64,000 nucleotides of DNA from assembly GCA_963815215.1 (NCBI GenBank), contig CAWFFU010000012.1, positions 34,177-98,176 of the forward strand. The letters run 5' to 3'. Of this stretch, positions 7,676-15,680 are shown piece by piece; positions within the stretch are counted from its first letter, which is position 1, and each line of letters begins with the position of its first letter. Under the pieces are notes generated by a model. That model was not told the origin of the DNA, did not search any database, and saw only the letters and a list, made by a program, of their open reading frames with translations. The position numbers and the translations under genes are program-made. Source of the DNA: an uncultured Trueperaceae bacterium. Its GTDB lineage: Bacteria; Deinococcota; Deinococci; Deinococcales; Trueperaceae.

Positions 7676-9724
7676 ATGCCCAACATCCGCAACGTGGCCG
7701 TCCTCTCGCACAGCGGAGCGGGGAAGACGTCGCTCGTCGAGGCGATGCTCTACCGCGCCGGTGCGATCCCCAACCTCGGCAGGGTCGAAGACGGGGGTAC
7801 GGTCTCCGACCATACTCCCGAGGAGAAGCGCCGCAAGATCTCCATCTACACCTCGATCCACCCCTACACCTGGAAGGGCGAGACCTTCAACGTCCTGGAC
7901 ACGCCGGGCTACGCCGATTTCACCGGTGAGATCCGCGGCGCCCAGTCCGCGGCCGATGCTGCGCTGGTGGTGGTGTCGGCGGTCTCGGGCGTGGCGGTCG
8001 GGACCGAGCGGGTATGGTCCTCGAGCGTGGAGCGCGAGCTCTCCAGCCTGTTCGTCATCAACAAGATGGATCGCGAGAACGCCGACTTCTTCCGTACCAT
8101 GGCCGACATCGAGGCCACCTTGCAGGGCAACATCGCGGCCATCCAGGTCCCCATCGGCCAGGCCGAGGACTTCCGAGGCATCGTCGACCTGCTCACCATG
8201 AAGGCCTACGTCTGGCCCGAGGGCGAGCCGCAGGAGGTGCCGGTCCCCGACGAGGTGGCCGGGGTGGCGATGGAGTACCGCGACCGCCTCATCGAGGCCA
8301 TCGTCGAGACCGACGACGAGCTGATGATGCAGTACCTGGAGGACGCCGACCTCGACCCGGACGCCCTCATGCGCGCCTTCGACGAGGCGGTCCGGGCCGG
8401 TGAGCTCACGCCGGTGCTCCTCACCTCGGCCACGCGCGTCATGGGGGTCAGCCTGTTGATGGACTTCATGGTGCACGGTGTGCGCCACGTGCAGGATCAT
8501 CGGCCGCTGACCGTCGAGAAGGGCGAGTCTCCGGAGCTCGGCGAGGGGCATCCGTTCGGCGCCCGCGTCTTCAAGACGGTGGTCGATCCCTACCTCGGCA
8601 AGGTCTCGCTGATGCGCGTGCTGTCCGGCACCGTCAAGTCGGGCCAGAACGTGCACGATCCGAACCGTGAGGCCGACATCCGGGTGTCGCACCTGTACGT
8701 GCCCAACGGCAAGGACCTCAGCGAGGTCAGGGAGCTCGGCGCCGGCATGATCGGTGCCATCACCAAGGTCGAAGAGGTCAAGACCGGCGACACGCTGTGC
8801 GATCCGTCCCACGTGTTCCAGCTCGCGCCGATCCGCTTCCCCTCACCCGTCATGGCGCTGGCGCTGACGCCCAAGTCGCGCGGTGACGAGGACAAGATGT
8901 CCGATGGGCTCCACAAGCTGCTCGACGCCGATCCGACCCTGCTGCTCGAGCGCAACGCCGACACCCACGAGACGGTGCTGTGGGGGATGGGCCACGTGCA
9001 TCTCGAGATCGCCGTCAACGCCCTCAAGGACCGGTTCGGGGTCGAGGTCGAGACCCGGCCCCCCTCGGTCGCCTACCGCGAGACCATCGGCGGCAGCGGC
9101 GACGCCCGCTACCGCCACAAGAAGCAGACGGGCGGCGCCGGCCAGTTCGCCGAGGTGGCGCTGCGGGTCGCCCCGCTGGCGCGAGGCGAGGGCTTCCAGT
9201 TCAACTGGAAGGTCGTCGGCGGCTCCATCCCCTCGCAGTTCCACCCGAGCTGCGAGAAGGGGGTCAAGAGTGCCCTGGAGTCCGGGGTGTTGGGCATGTT
9301 CCCGGTGCAGGACGTGATGGTCGAGGTGTACGACGGCAAGGACCACCCCGTCGACTCCAAGGACATCGCCTTCCAGATCGCGGCGGCCCAGGCCTTCAAG
9401 GAGGCCATGCACCAGGCCAAGCCCGTGCTGCTCGAGCCCGTGGCGCTGCTCAAGGTGCGGGTCCCCGACCGTTACACCGGCGACGTCATCTCCGATCTGA
9501 ACACCCGTCGCGGGCGCATCCTGGGCATGGACACCGAAGGCTCGGTGAGTGTGGTCAGCGCTCACGTGCCGATGGCCGAGATCCTGAGCTACTCGCCGGA
9601 CCTGCGCTCGATGACCGGCGGTCGGGGTGTGTTCTCCCTCAAGTTCGACCACTACGATGTGGTTCCGGCCCAGGTCGCCGAACGGGTCGTGTCCGAGCGC
9701 CAGCAGGAGAAGGCGGCCTCGTAG
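7676..9724 (+). CDS. elongation factor G paralogue (EF-G2-like translational GTPase)
   Basis: 682 aa. G motifs SHSGAGKTS, DTPGYADF and NKMDR, followed by EF-G domains II-V. The upstream 164 codons of the ORF-track entry look non-coding. Confidence 0.85.
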   Translation: MPNIRNVAVLSHSGAGKTSLVEAMLYRAGAIPNLGRVEDGGTVSDHTPEEKRRKISIYTSIHPYTWKGETFNVLDTPGYADFTGEIRGAQSAADAALVVVSAVSGVAVGTERVWSSSVERELSSLFVINKMDRENADFFRTMADIEATLQGNIAAIQVPIGQAEDFRGIVDLLTMKAYVWPEGEPQEVPVPDEVAGVAMEYRDRLIEAIVETDDELMMQYLEDADLDPDALMRAFDEAVRAGELTPVLLTSATRVMGVSLLMDFMVHGVRHVQDHRPLTVEKGESPELGEGHPFGARVFKTVVDPYLGKVSLMRVLSGTVKSGQNVHDPNREADIRVSHLYVPNGKDLSEVRELGAGMIGAITKVEEVKTGDTLCDPSHVFQLAPIRFPSPVMALALTPKSRGDEDKMSDGLHKLLDADPTLLLERNADTHETVLWGMGHVHLEIAVNALKDRFGVEVETRPPSVAYRETIGGSGDARYRHKKQTGGAGQFAEVALRVAPLARGEGFQFNWKVVGGSIPSQFHPSCEKGVKSALESGVLGMFPVQDVMVEVYDGKDHPVDSKDIAFQIAAAQAFKEAMHQAKPVLLEPVALLKVRVPDRYTGDVISDLNTRRGRILGMDTEGSVSVVSAHVPMAEILSYSPDLRSMTGGRGVFSLKFDHYDVVPAQVAERVVSERQQEKAAS

Positions 9725-9751
9725 CGGGGCGGCCGTGGCTCGCCGCGGGGA

Positions 9752-9777
9752 CGCCGGGGTCCGTGTCGGCCCCGGCG
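9752..9777. terminator. GC-rich hairpin between convergent genes (possible bidirectional terminator, no U-tract)
   Basis: CGCCGGGGTC...GGCCCCGGCG forms a stem of about 10 bp (including one G-U) between the EF-G2 stop and the ccdA stop. Confidence 0.35.
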
Positions 9778-9787
9778 GATGCCGGCT

Positions 9788-10546
9788 CTAGCGCCTCTGG
9801 GGCGTGAGGAGCGGAGCCAGGTTCATGCCGCTGAGGTAGGCCAGGAACGACGGCAGGATGGGCAGCACGCAAGGGGAGAGGAACGACAGGGCGCCGGCCC
9901 CGAAGGCCAGCGCCAGGGTGGGTGCGGCCATGGTGCCGAACAGCGCGCTCTCGGCGCTGCCCAGGTTGGCCAGGTAGGGGGACAGGGCGTTGAGCGCTCC
10001 GGTCAGCAGCAGCACGCCCACGGCGATGAGCAGCACCGCCCCGACCTTCTCGAGCATGCCCGAGTAGCGCCGCAGTGCCCGTGTCGCCGGCAGGAGCTGG
10101 GACAGCGCCAGGAACGGCAGCGAGAAGCCCAGCGAGTAGGCGAACAGCAGGAGCCCGCCCTGGGCCCCGCCGCCGCTGGTGGCCGCGATGCCCAGGATGC
10201 CGGCCAGGATCGGCCCGATGCAGGGCGTCCAGCCCGCGGCGAAGGCGACCCCCACGACCGCCGAGCCCAGGTAACCGCTGGGCTTGCGCATGAGGTGGAC
10301 GCGCAGCTCCTGCTTGAACACGGGCAGCGGCAGCACGTCGAGCATGATGACGCCCATCACCACCAACAGCGCCCCGGCGACGACGCGCAGGACGCCGCCG
10401 TAGGCGAACAGCAGGTGGCTGAGCAGGCCGGCACTGAAGCCCAGCGCCACGAACACGGCCGACAGGCCGGCGACGAAGGACAGGGTGTGCAGCGCCAGGT
10501 GCAGCCGGAGTGGGAGCGCGGCTTCGGCGCTCGCGTCCGCCCTCAC
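9788..10546 (-). CDS. ccdA: cytochrome c biogenesis thiol-disulfide transporter CcdA (DsbD transmembrane family)
   Basis: Polytopic membrane protein with both conserved Cys motifs (FLSPCVLP and GWTPCIGP). The GTG start overlaps a repeat unit. Confidence 0.85.
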   Translation of the reverse strand: MRADASAEAALPLRLHLALHTLSFVAGLSAVFVALGFSAGLLSHLLFAYGGVLRVVAGALLVVMGVIMLDVLPLPVFKQELRVHLMRKPSGYLGSAVVGVAFAAGWTPCIGPILAGILGIAATSGGGAQGGLLLFAYSLGFSLPFLALSQLLPATRALRRYSGMLEKVGAVLLIAVGVLLLTGALNALSPYLANLGSAESALFGTMAAPTLALAFGAGALSFLSPCVLPILPSFLAYLSGMNLAPLLTPQRR

Positions 10547-10598
10547 GATGGTGCCTTCACGATGGTGCCTTCATAGCGGCGCCTTCATAGCGCGGTGA
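10543..10598. repeat. 14-nt tandem repeat x4 spanning the hemC-like stop and the ccdA start
   Basis: Units are tcacgatggtgcct x2 (identical), tcatagcggcgcct and tcatagcgcggtga. Each carries TGA on the minus strand, and the three reading frames are all hit. Confidence 0.85.
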
Positions 10599-11478
10599 GC
10601 TGACTGCGAACGTCCTGCGCGAGCTCCCGGCCCAGCTCGTCGGCTTCCTTGGCCTCGCCGCTGACGCTCGCCTGCAGCGTCGTCTCGCCCCGCAGCACGG
10701 TGCCGAGGAGGGTGAGCTCGCCATCGTCGGTGACGTTGGCCAGCGCGCCGACCACGCACTCCCGGCAGATGTCGTCGCTGTCGGCCGGGCCCTGCCTCAG
10801 GGCGCTGGCGAAGCTGCGCTCGGCACGGACCCGGTCGAAGCTCGGGCGGTGCTGCAGCGAATAGGCCACTTCGAAGGCGAGGTCGTCGTCGGCGCGCACC
10901 AGCAGGCCGAGAGCGCCCTGGCCCGGTGTGGGCGCGAAGGTCTCGGGGTCGAGCACGGTATCGAGCCGGTTGCGGTGGTCCAGGGCGATGAGTGTGGCGG
11001 CCGGGATCAGCAGCCCATCGAGCTCGCCGGACGTGAGCAGCTTCAGGGTCGCCTCCAACGTGCCGGAGACCTCGACCGCCTCGACCGCCAGGTGCTGGCC
11101 CGCCAGGTAGGCGGCGTCACGCGGTGTCAACACCCCGATGCGGGCGCCCTCCGGCAGCTCGGTGAGCGCGCGCGACCCCTTGGTCACCAACGCGGTGCGC
11201 GGGTCCAGGCGCCGGGACACCGCCGCCAGCGTGACCTCCTCGGGGAGCGTCAACGGCAGCGTCTCGAGCTGGGCCACCGCCACCCCGATGTCGCCCTTCA
11301 GCAATGCCTGCAACAGCGGATCGTCCCCGCCACTCGCCTTCGACTCGACGTCCTTGATGGTGCGGAGGGCGAAGTTCACGTCCGGCCACTCGTCCGTCAG
11401 CTGCTCGAGCACATCCCGAGCCTGGCGCAGCGCGAGTGCGCCGTCGCGGTTGCCCAGCACGATTCTTGCCATGGCCAT
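10585..11478 (-). CDS. hydroxymethylbilane synthase (HemC)-like protein, divergent and possibly non-catalytic
   Basis: It has the overall PBGD layout (LALRQA..., PGQGALG). Several residues I recall as essential in E. coli HemC appear substituted. An alternative start at 11472 fits the leaderless -10. Confidence 0.6.
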   Translation of the reverse strand: MAMARIVLGNRDGALALRQARDVLEQLTDEWPDVNFALRTIKDVESKASGGDDPLLQALLKGDIGVAVAQLETLPLTLPEEVTLAAVSRRLDPRTALVTKGSRALTELPEGARIGVLTPRDAAYLAGQHLAVEAVEVSGTLEATLKLLTSGELDGLLIPAATLIALDHRNRLDTVLDPETFAPTPGQGALGLLVRADDDLAFEVAYSLQHRPSFDRVRAERSFASALRQGPADSDDICRECVVGALANVTDDGELTLLGTVLRGETTLQASVSGEAKEADELGRELAQDVRSQLTAL

Positions 11479-11487
11479 GTTGTATCA
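11479..11487 (-). promoter_or_regulatory. extended -10 TGATACAAC, leaderless-type, for the hemC-like gene
   Basis: The minus strand reads TGATACAAC, then 6 nt, then the second ATG (11472). Confidence 0.4.
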
Positions 11488-11562
11488 CACTCTGCGGCCC
11501 CGGCGGATGCGAGAAAACCTCTGTGGAAGGGCATCGGTGGCGCGCCTCAGGACGCTCCCGGA

Positions 11563-12738
11563 TCAGGCGATCGCCAGCGCCTGTTCCTTGAGCTCGTCCA
11601 CCCGATCGGTGCGCTCCCAGGGGAAGCCGTTGCGGCCGAAGTGGCCGTAAGCGCTGGTGGCGGTGTAGATGGGGCGGCGCAGGTCGAGCTGGGCGATGAT
11701 CGAGGCCGGGCGGGCGTCGAACACGCGACCGATGAGGTCTCCGAGGCGGTCGTCGCCCAGCTCGGAGGTGCCGAAGGTGTCGACGTACATGCCCACCGGG
11801 TGGGCAACGCCGATGGCGTAGGCGAGCTGCACCTGGCAGCGTTCGGCCAGACCCGCCGCGACCACGTTCTTGGCGATGTAGCGGGCGTAGTAGCTGGCCG
11901 AGCGGTCGACCTTGGTGGGGTCCTTGCCGCTGAAAGCGCCGCCGCCGTGCGGCACCGCGCCTCCGTAGGTGTCGACGATGATCTTGCGGCCCGTGAGGCC
12001 GGCGTCGGCCTGGGGACCGCCGCGCACGAAGCGGCCGGTGGGATTGACGAGGTAGCGGGTCCGCTCGTCGAGCAGGCCGTCGGGGATCACGGGGCGCACC
12101 ACGTGCTCCTTGACCTCCTCGCGCAGGCGCTCGAGCGTCACGTCGGGATCGTGCTGCGCCGAAACGACCACGGTCCGCACGTGCGTCGCCCGGTCTCCCT
12201 CGTAGCCGAGCGTGACCTGCGCCTTGCCGTCGGGGCGCAGGTAGGGCAGAGTGCCGTCCTTGCGGACCGTGGCCATGCGCTGCGTCAGGGCATGCGCGAG
12301 CATGATCGGCAACGGCATCAGCTCGGGTGTCTCGTGGGTGGCGTAGCCGAACATCAGCCCCTGGTCGCCGGCTCCGACGAGGTCGAAGTCGTCGCCGCTG
12401 TCGGCTTCCTGGGCGCGATCGACGCCCAGCGCGATGTCGGGTGACTGCTCGTTGACCGCGATCAACACCGCGCTGTGATCGGCGTCGATGCCGTAGGACG
12501 CGTCGGTGTAGCCGACCTCGCGCACCGCCTTGCGAACGATCGCCTGGAAGTCGACGTAGCCGTGGCAGGTGATCTCGCCTGCGATGAGGGCCAGGCCGGT
12601 GGTGAGGATCGTCTCGGCAGCCACCCGCGCATATGGGTCCTCGGCCAGGATGGCATCCAGGACGCTGTCACTGATGCGGTCCGCGAGCTTGTCGGGATGT
12701 CCCTCGTTCACCGATTCGGCGGAGATGAGTCTGCGCAC
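11563..12738 (-). CDS. metK: S-adenosylmethionine synthetase
   Basis: ...[20 protein letters not shown]..., [12 protein letters not shown] and [19 protein letters not shown] start at 12738, preceded by GGAGGA. Confidence 0.95.
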   Translation of the reverse strand: MRRLISAESVNEGHPDKLADRISDSVLDAILAEDPYARVAAETILTTGLALIAGEITCHGYVDFQAIVRKAVREVGYTDASYGIDADHSAVLIAVNEQSPDIALGVDRAQEADSGDDFDLVGAGDQGLMFGYATHETPELMPLPIMLAHALTQRMATVRKDGTLPYLRPDGKAQVTLGYEGDRATHVRTVVVSAQHDPDVTLERLREEVKEHVVRPVIPDGLLDERTRYLVNPTGRFVRGGPQADAGLTGRKIIVDTYGGAVPHGGGAFSGKDPTKVDRSASYYARYIAKNVVAAGLAERCQVQLAYAIGVAHPVGMYVDTFGTSELGDDRLGDLIGRVFDARPASIIAQLDLRRPIYTATSAYGHFGRNGFPWERTDRVDELKEQALAIA

Positions 12739-12924
12739 GCCTGTGTCCTCCAGGGGGAGCCGTGGTAACCGGGCGCGCCCGCTACGGAACGCGCGCCGTT
12801 CGATTCGCCATGCTAGCAGGGCGCGGGCCGGCGCAGCGTGCCGCACGATGGCGTTCCGAGGCGGCGCCTTCGCCGACGCGGGGCGGGCGCCCGGGACGGA
12901 CGTTGCCGCCGCGCGGGACGTGGC

Positions 12925-12930
12925 TATACT
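12925..12930 (+). promoter_or_regulatory. -10 TATACT, leaderless-type, for the GNAT gene
   Basis: TATACT, then 5 nt, then ATG (12936). Confidence 0.5.
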
Positions 12931-12935
12931 CGGGC

Positions 12936-13460
12936 ATGCGGGACACCCACGTGGGGCACGCCATCCGCCGCGCGAACACGGGCGACGCTCACGAGGTCGT
13001 TCGGCTGATGCGCACCATCTACCTCGAGGGCCGCTACTTCGTCGGCGACGGTCCGCCCCAGCCGGAGTCGCTTGCGCGTCGCATCGTCGGGGACGACCCC
13101 GTCCATGCGCTGTACCTGGTGGCGGAGGTCCGGCGCGATTCCGAGCCCGAGCTGGGCGGCTGGCTCGAGCTCCACCGCATGCAGCCGCGTCGGCTGCAGC
13201 ACGTTGCCGTCCTCACGGTGGCGGTGGCGCCCGAGTGGCGCCACCACGGTCTGGGCCGCGGGCTGTTGCGGCGCTGCTACGACTGGGCGCGCGACGTCGG
13301 CGTCGGCAAGGTGAGCCTCAACGTGCGCGCCGGTAATACCGCGGCGATCGCGCTGTACCTCTCCGAGGGGTTCGTCGAAGAGGGGCGCGAGCGCGCTCAG
13401 GTACGCACCGACGAAGGGGAGTTCGAGGACAACGTGATCATGGGGCGCTGGGTCGTGTGA
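12936..13460 (+). CDS. GNAT-family N-acetyltransferase
   Basis: 174 aa. Acetyl-CoA motif A: [17 protein letters not shown]. The ORF-track N-terminal 58 codons were removed. Confidence 0.75.
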   Translation: MRDTHVGHAIRRANTGDAHEVVRLMRTIYLEGRYFVGDGPPQPESLARRIVGDDPVHALYLVAEVRRDSEPELGGWLELHRMQPRRLQHVAVLTVAVAPEWRHHGLGRGLLRRCYDWARDVGVGKVSLNVRAGNTAAIALYLSEGFVEEGRERAQVRTDEGEFEDNVIMGRWVV

Positions 13461-13526
13461 GACCCGGCCGTGCGTGGCGGGCCGGACCGGGACCGTGGCG
13501 CGGCTGCGCGCCGCGCGGCCCTCGCC

Positions 13527-13532
13527 TAGACT
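13527..13532 (+). promoter_or_regulatory. -10 TAGACT, leaderless-type, for the NYN gene
   Basis: TAGACT, then 6 nt, then ATG (13539). Confidence 0.5.
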
Positions 13533-13538
13533 GGCGTC

Positions 13539-14093
13539 ATGGCTGACCCGATTCCCGCCGCCGCGGCGCGGCCCGGCGTGACGGCCCCCGCCGCACGCGT
13601 CGCCCTGTTCGTCGACACCCAGAATCTCTACTACGCCGCCCGCGACGGCTACGACGCGAGCGTCGACTATCAGCGCCTGCTCGATCTGGCGCTGCGCGGC
13701 CGCGAGCTCGCATCCGCCACCGCCTACGTGGTGGAGCGCGAAGGGGACAGCACGGCCTTCGGCTTCGTCACCAAGCTCTCCGCCCTGGGGTTCCGTGTGC
13801 GGCGCCGCAGCGTGCGGGTGCACCGCACCGACGAGGGCGGCGGCACCGTCATGGAGGGCGACTGGGACATGGGCATCGCCGCCGACATGGTGCGGTCGCT
13901 GCCCTACGTCGAGGTGCTGGTGCTGGGCTCCGGCGACGGCGACTTCGTGCCCATGCTGGAACTCGCCCAACAGCGCGGCGCCCGGGTGGAGGTGCTCGCC
14001 TTCCGTGAGGCCGCCGCTCAGACCCTCATCGATCTCGCCGACCGCTTCACCCACCTTCCGGACGAGCCCGGCGTCTTCGTACGCAGGTCCTGA
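13539..14093 (+). CDS. NYN-domain (LabA/DUF88-like) protein
   Basis: VALFVDTQNLYY... and ...VLVLGSGDGDFVPMLELAQQRGARVEVL match the NYN/LabA pattern (from memory). Confidence 0.7.
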   Translation: MADPIPAAAARPGVTAPAARVALFVDTQNLYYAARDGYDASVDYQRLLDLALRGRELASATAYVVEREGDSTAFGFVTKLSALGFRVRRRSVRVHRTDEGGGTVMEGDWDMGIAADMVRSLPYVEVLVLGSGDGDFVPMLELAQQRGARVEVLAFREAAAQTLIDLADRFTHLPDEPGVFVRRS

Positions 14094-14100
14094 GGCGCGC

Positions 14101-15459
14101 CTAGGTTCGGGTCTCGAACAGGTCGGCGCCCGCTCCCCCGCCTCCAGCGATCGCGTCCGCGCAGGCGCTCGGCCGCACCGGCCAGGCCCGGGCGGTAGCC
14201 TCCCCCGTGGTGCGCCAGGTCCCCTCCGCTAGCCAGTCGCCGTCGACGAGCTCCAGATAGTCGTAGGTTGCGGTGACCACGTCCAGCCAGGCGCGGTAGA
14301 CGGCGTTCTCACGTGCCAGCAGGGCGCGGCACGCGCTCGGCGAGGCACCGGTGGCGCCGGCGTCCCGCCAGGCGCCGAGCTCGGCGTCGAGCAGCGCGGC
14401 GGCGTCGTCGACGGCCGTGCGCGCTCGCCCGACGTCGTCCGGGTAGCCCGCGTCCAGCGCGTCGAGCGCGGCGCCCGCCCGCCGCACGCCTTCGTCTGCG
14501 GCCGCCTGGACGTCCTCGGTGCTGCCGTCCAGGCGCAGGCGGGCGCTCAGCGCCACGCTCCACTGGTCGTCCTCCTGTGCGCCGAGCTGGCCGTCGAGGT
14601 CGGCGGCGGGGCGGCCTCGGTCGAGCGACAGCGAAGCGCTCACCTGGTAGTCGTAGCTGCTCGACTCGTAGGTGGCCACCAGCGTGACGTCCCGCACCAC
14701 GTCGAAGGGGACGCTGTCGCGCCGCACGATGGCCCGCTGCAGCTCGAGCTGCAAGCGCTCGCGTTGGGGCGCCCGGGTGCCGGGTCCCGGGAGGGCGAAG
14801 CGCAGGGGCACGAAGCGGGCGGCCCCCTGGAAACCGAGGCGTGCCGCCTGCGCCTGAAGCGCCTCCAGCGCGTGGCGGCGCGCCTCCACCAGCACCTGGG
14901 CACGGCGCAGCGCGGGGCTCGGCGTCGGTGACGCGGCGCTGCGCCGCGTCCGGGCCAGGTCCAGCTCCGCCCGGTGGAGGGCCACCTCGGCCGCGAGCAC
15001 CTTGCCGTGGAGCCGCAGTGTCGCCAGCACGTCGTTGCGGCGGTCGTGTCGCAACCGTTCCCGGGCCCGGAGCAGACCGGCGCGATCGGCCAGGATCGCC
15101 GCGGGGTCGTGGCGCCAGGCCAGGTCCAGCTCGACGTCGGCGGTGGCCCCGATCGCCGCCGGGTCCTCGACGTCGGCTCCATAGCTCAGGACCGGCCGAG
15201 CCGTGAGCGTGACGTCGGTGCCGGCGCGGCTCGCTCCCAGCGCACGCTCGGCGGCGTCGACCGCGGCCGCCTGCCGCACGGTGCGTTCCCCGTCGGGCGT
15301 GGCCACTAGCGCGTCGGCGGGCGCGAAGGCCAGTGCGGCCGGCGCCCACAGGAAGACGGCCAGAGCCGCAACGGCGCCCTTGCCGGCGGTACCCCTGCCA
15401 GCGGGAACCCTGCCAGCGGGAACCCTGCCGGCAGGAACCCTGCGCGCGGCGCCGCGCAT
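14101..15459 (-). CDS. secreted Ala/Arg/Leu-rich coiled-coil protein, possibly a TolC/OEP-like outer-membrane factor
   Basis: Signal peptide ...AVAALAVFLWAPAALAFA preceded by an (RVPAG)n n-region. Its length and helical, repeat-like composition fit OEP proteins, but there is no diagnostic motif. The start (15459, 15507 or 15594) is uncertain. Confidence 0.4.
   Translation of the reverse strand: MRGAARRVPAGRVPAGRVPAGRGTAGKGAVAALAVFLWAPAALAFAPADALVATPDGERTVRQAAAVDAAERALGASRAGTDVTLTARPVLSYGADVEDPAAIGATADVELDLAWRHDPAAILADRAGLLRARERLRHDRRNDVLATLRLHGKVLAAEVALHRAELDLARTRRSAASPTPSPALRRAQVLVEARRHALEALQAQAARLGFQGAARFVPLRFALPGPGTRAPQRERLQLELQRAIVRRDSVPFDVVRDVTLVATYESSSYDYQVSASLSLDRGRPAADLDGQLGAQEDDQWSVALSARLRLDGSTEDVQAAADEGVRRAGAALDALDAGYPDDVGRARTAVDDAAALLDAELGAWRDAGATGASPSACRALLARENAVYRAWLDVVTATYDYLELVDGDWLAEGTWRTTGEATARAWPVRPSACADAIAGGGGAGADLFETRT
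15387..15446. repeat. 15-nt tandem repeat x4 inside the 5' end of the TolC-like ORF
   Basis: Units are cggtacccctgccag, cgggaaccctgccag, cgggaaccctgccgg and caggaaccctgcgcg. They encode RVPAGRVPAGRVPAG. Confidence 0.85.
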
Positions 15460-15628
15460 CGCGGCGGACGGTCGTCGCGCACGGCCACAGGCGCGGCGCC
15501 GAGGCATGGCGCAACGGACGAGTTCCCCCATCTCCATCCCCCCTTTTCGGACTTGCGAGCTGGTCGCAGTGTAGCAGAGGGTGGGAGCGGCCACGCACCG
15601 GCTCTCGCCGGCCCCAGACGGGCCCGAT

Positions 15629-15680
15629 CGGTGGTCTCAGCCGGTGGTCTCAGCCGGTGGTCTCAGCCGGTGGTCTCAGT
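15629..15680. repeat. 13-nt tandem repeat x4 (cggtggtctcagc) at and just downstream of the gatB stop
   Basis: Three exact copies plus a fourth with one mismatch. The fourth copy contains the gatB stop codon (15676-15678). Confidence 0.9.

Noticed and set aside
12739-12935. SAM-I riboswitch upstream of metK
   Set aside because: The conserved core elements of SAM-I (and of the other SAM classes, as far as I recall them) are not present. Only a simple hairpin is. I kept this as a low-interest finding rather than calling a riboswitch.
15387-15680. Short tandem repeats considered as a possible CRISPR array
   Set aside because: The units are 13-15 nt and directly adjacent with no spacers. One array is in-frame coding sequence. 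There are no cas genes in the window.
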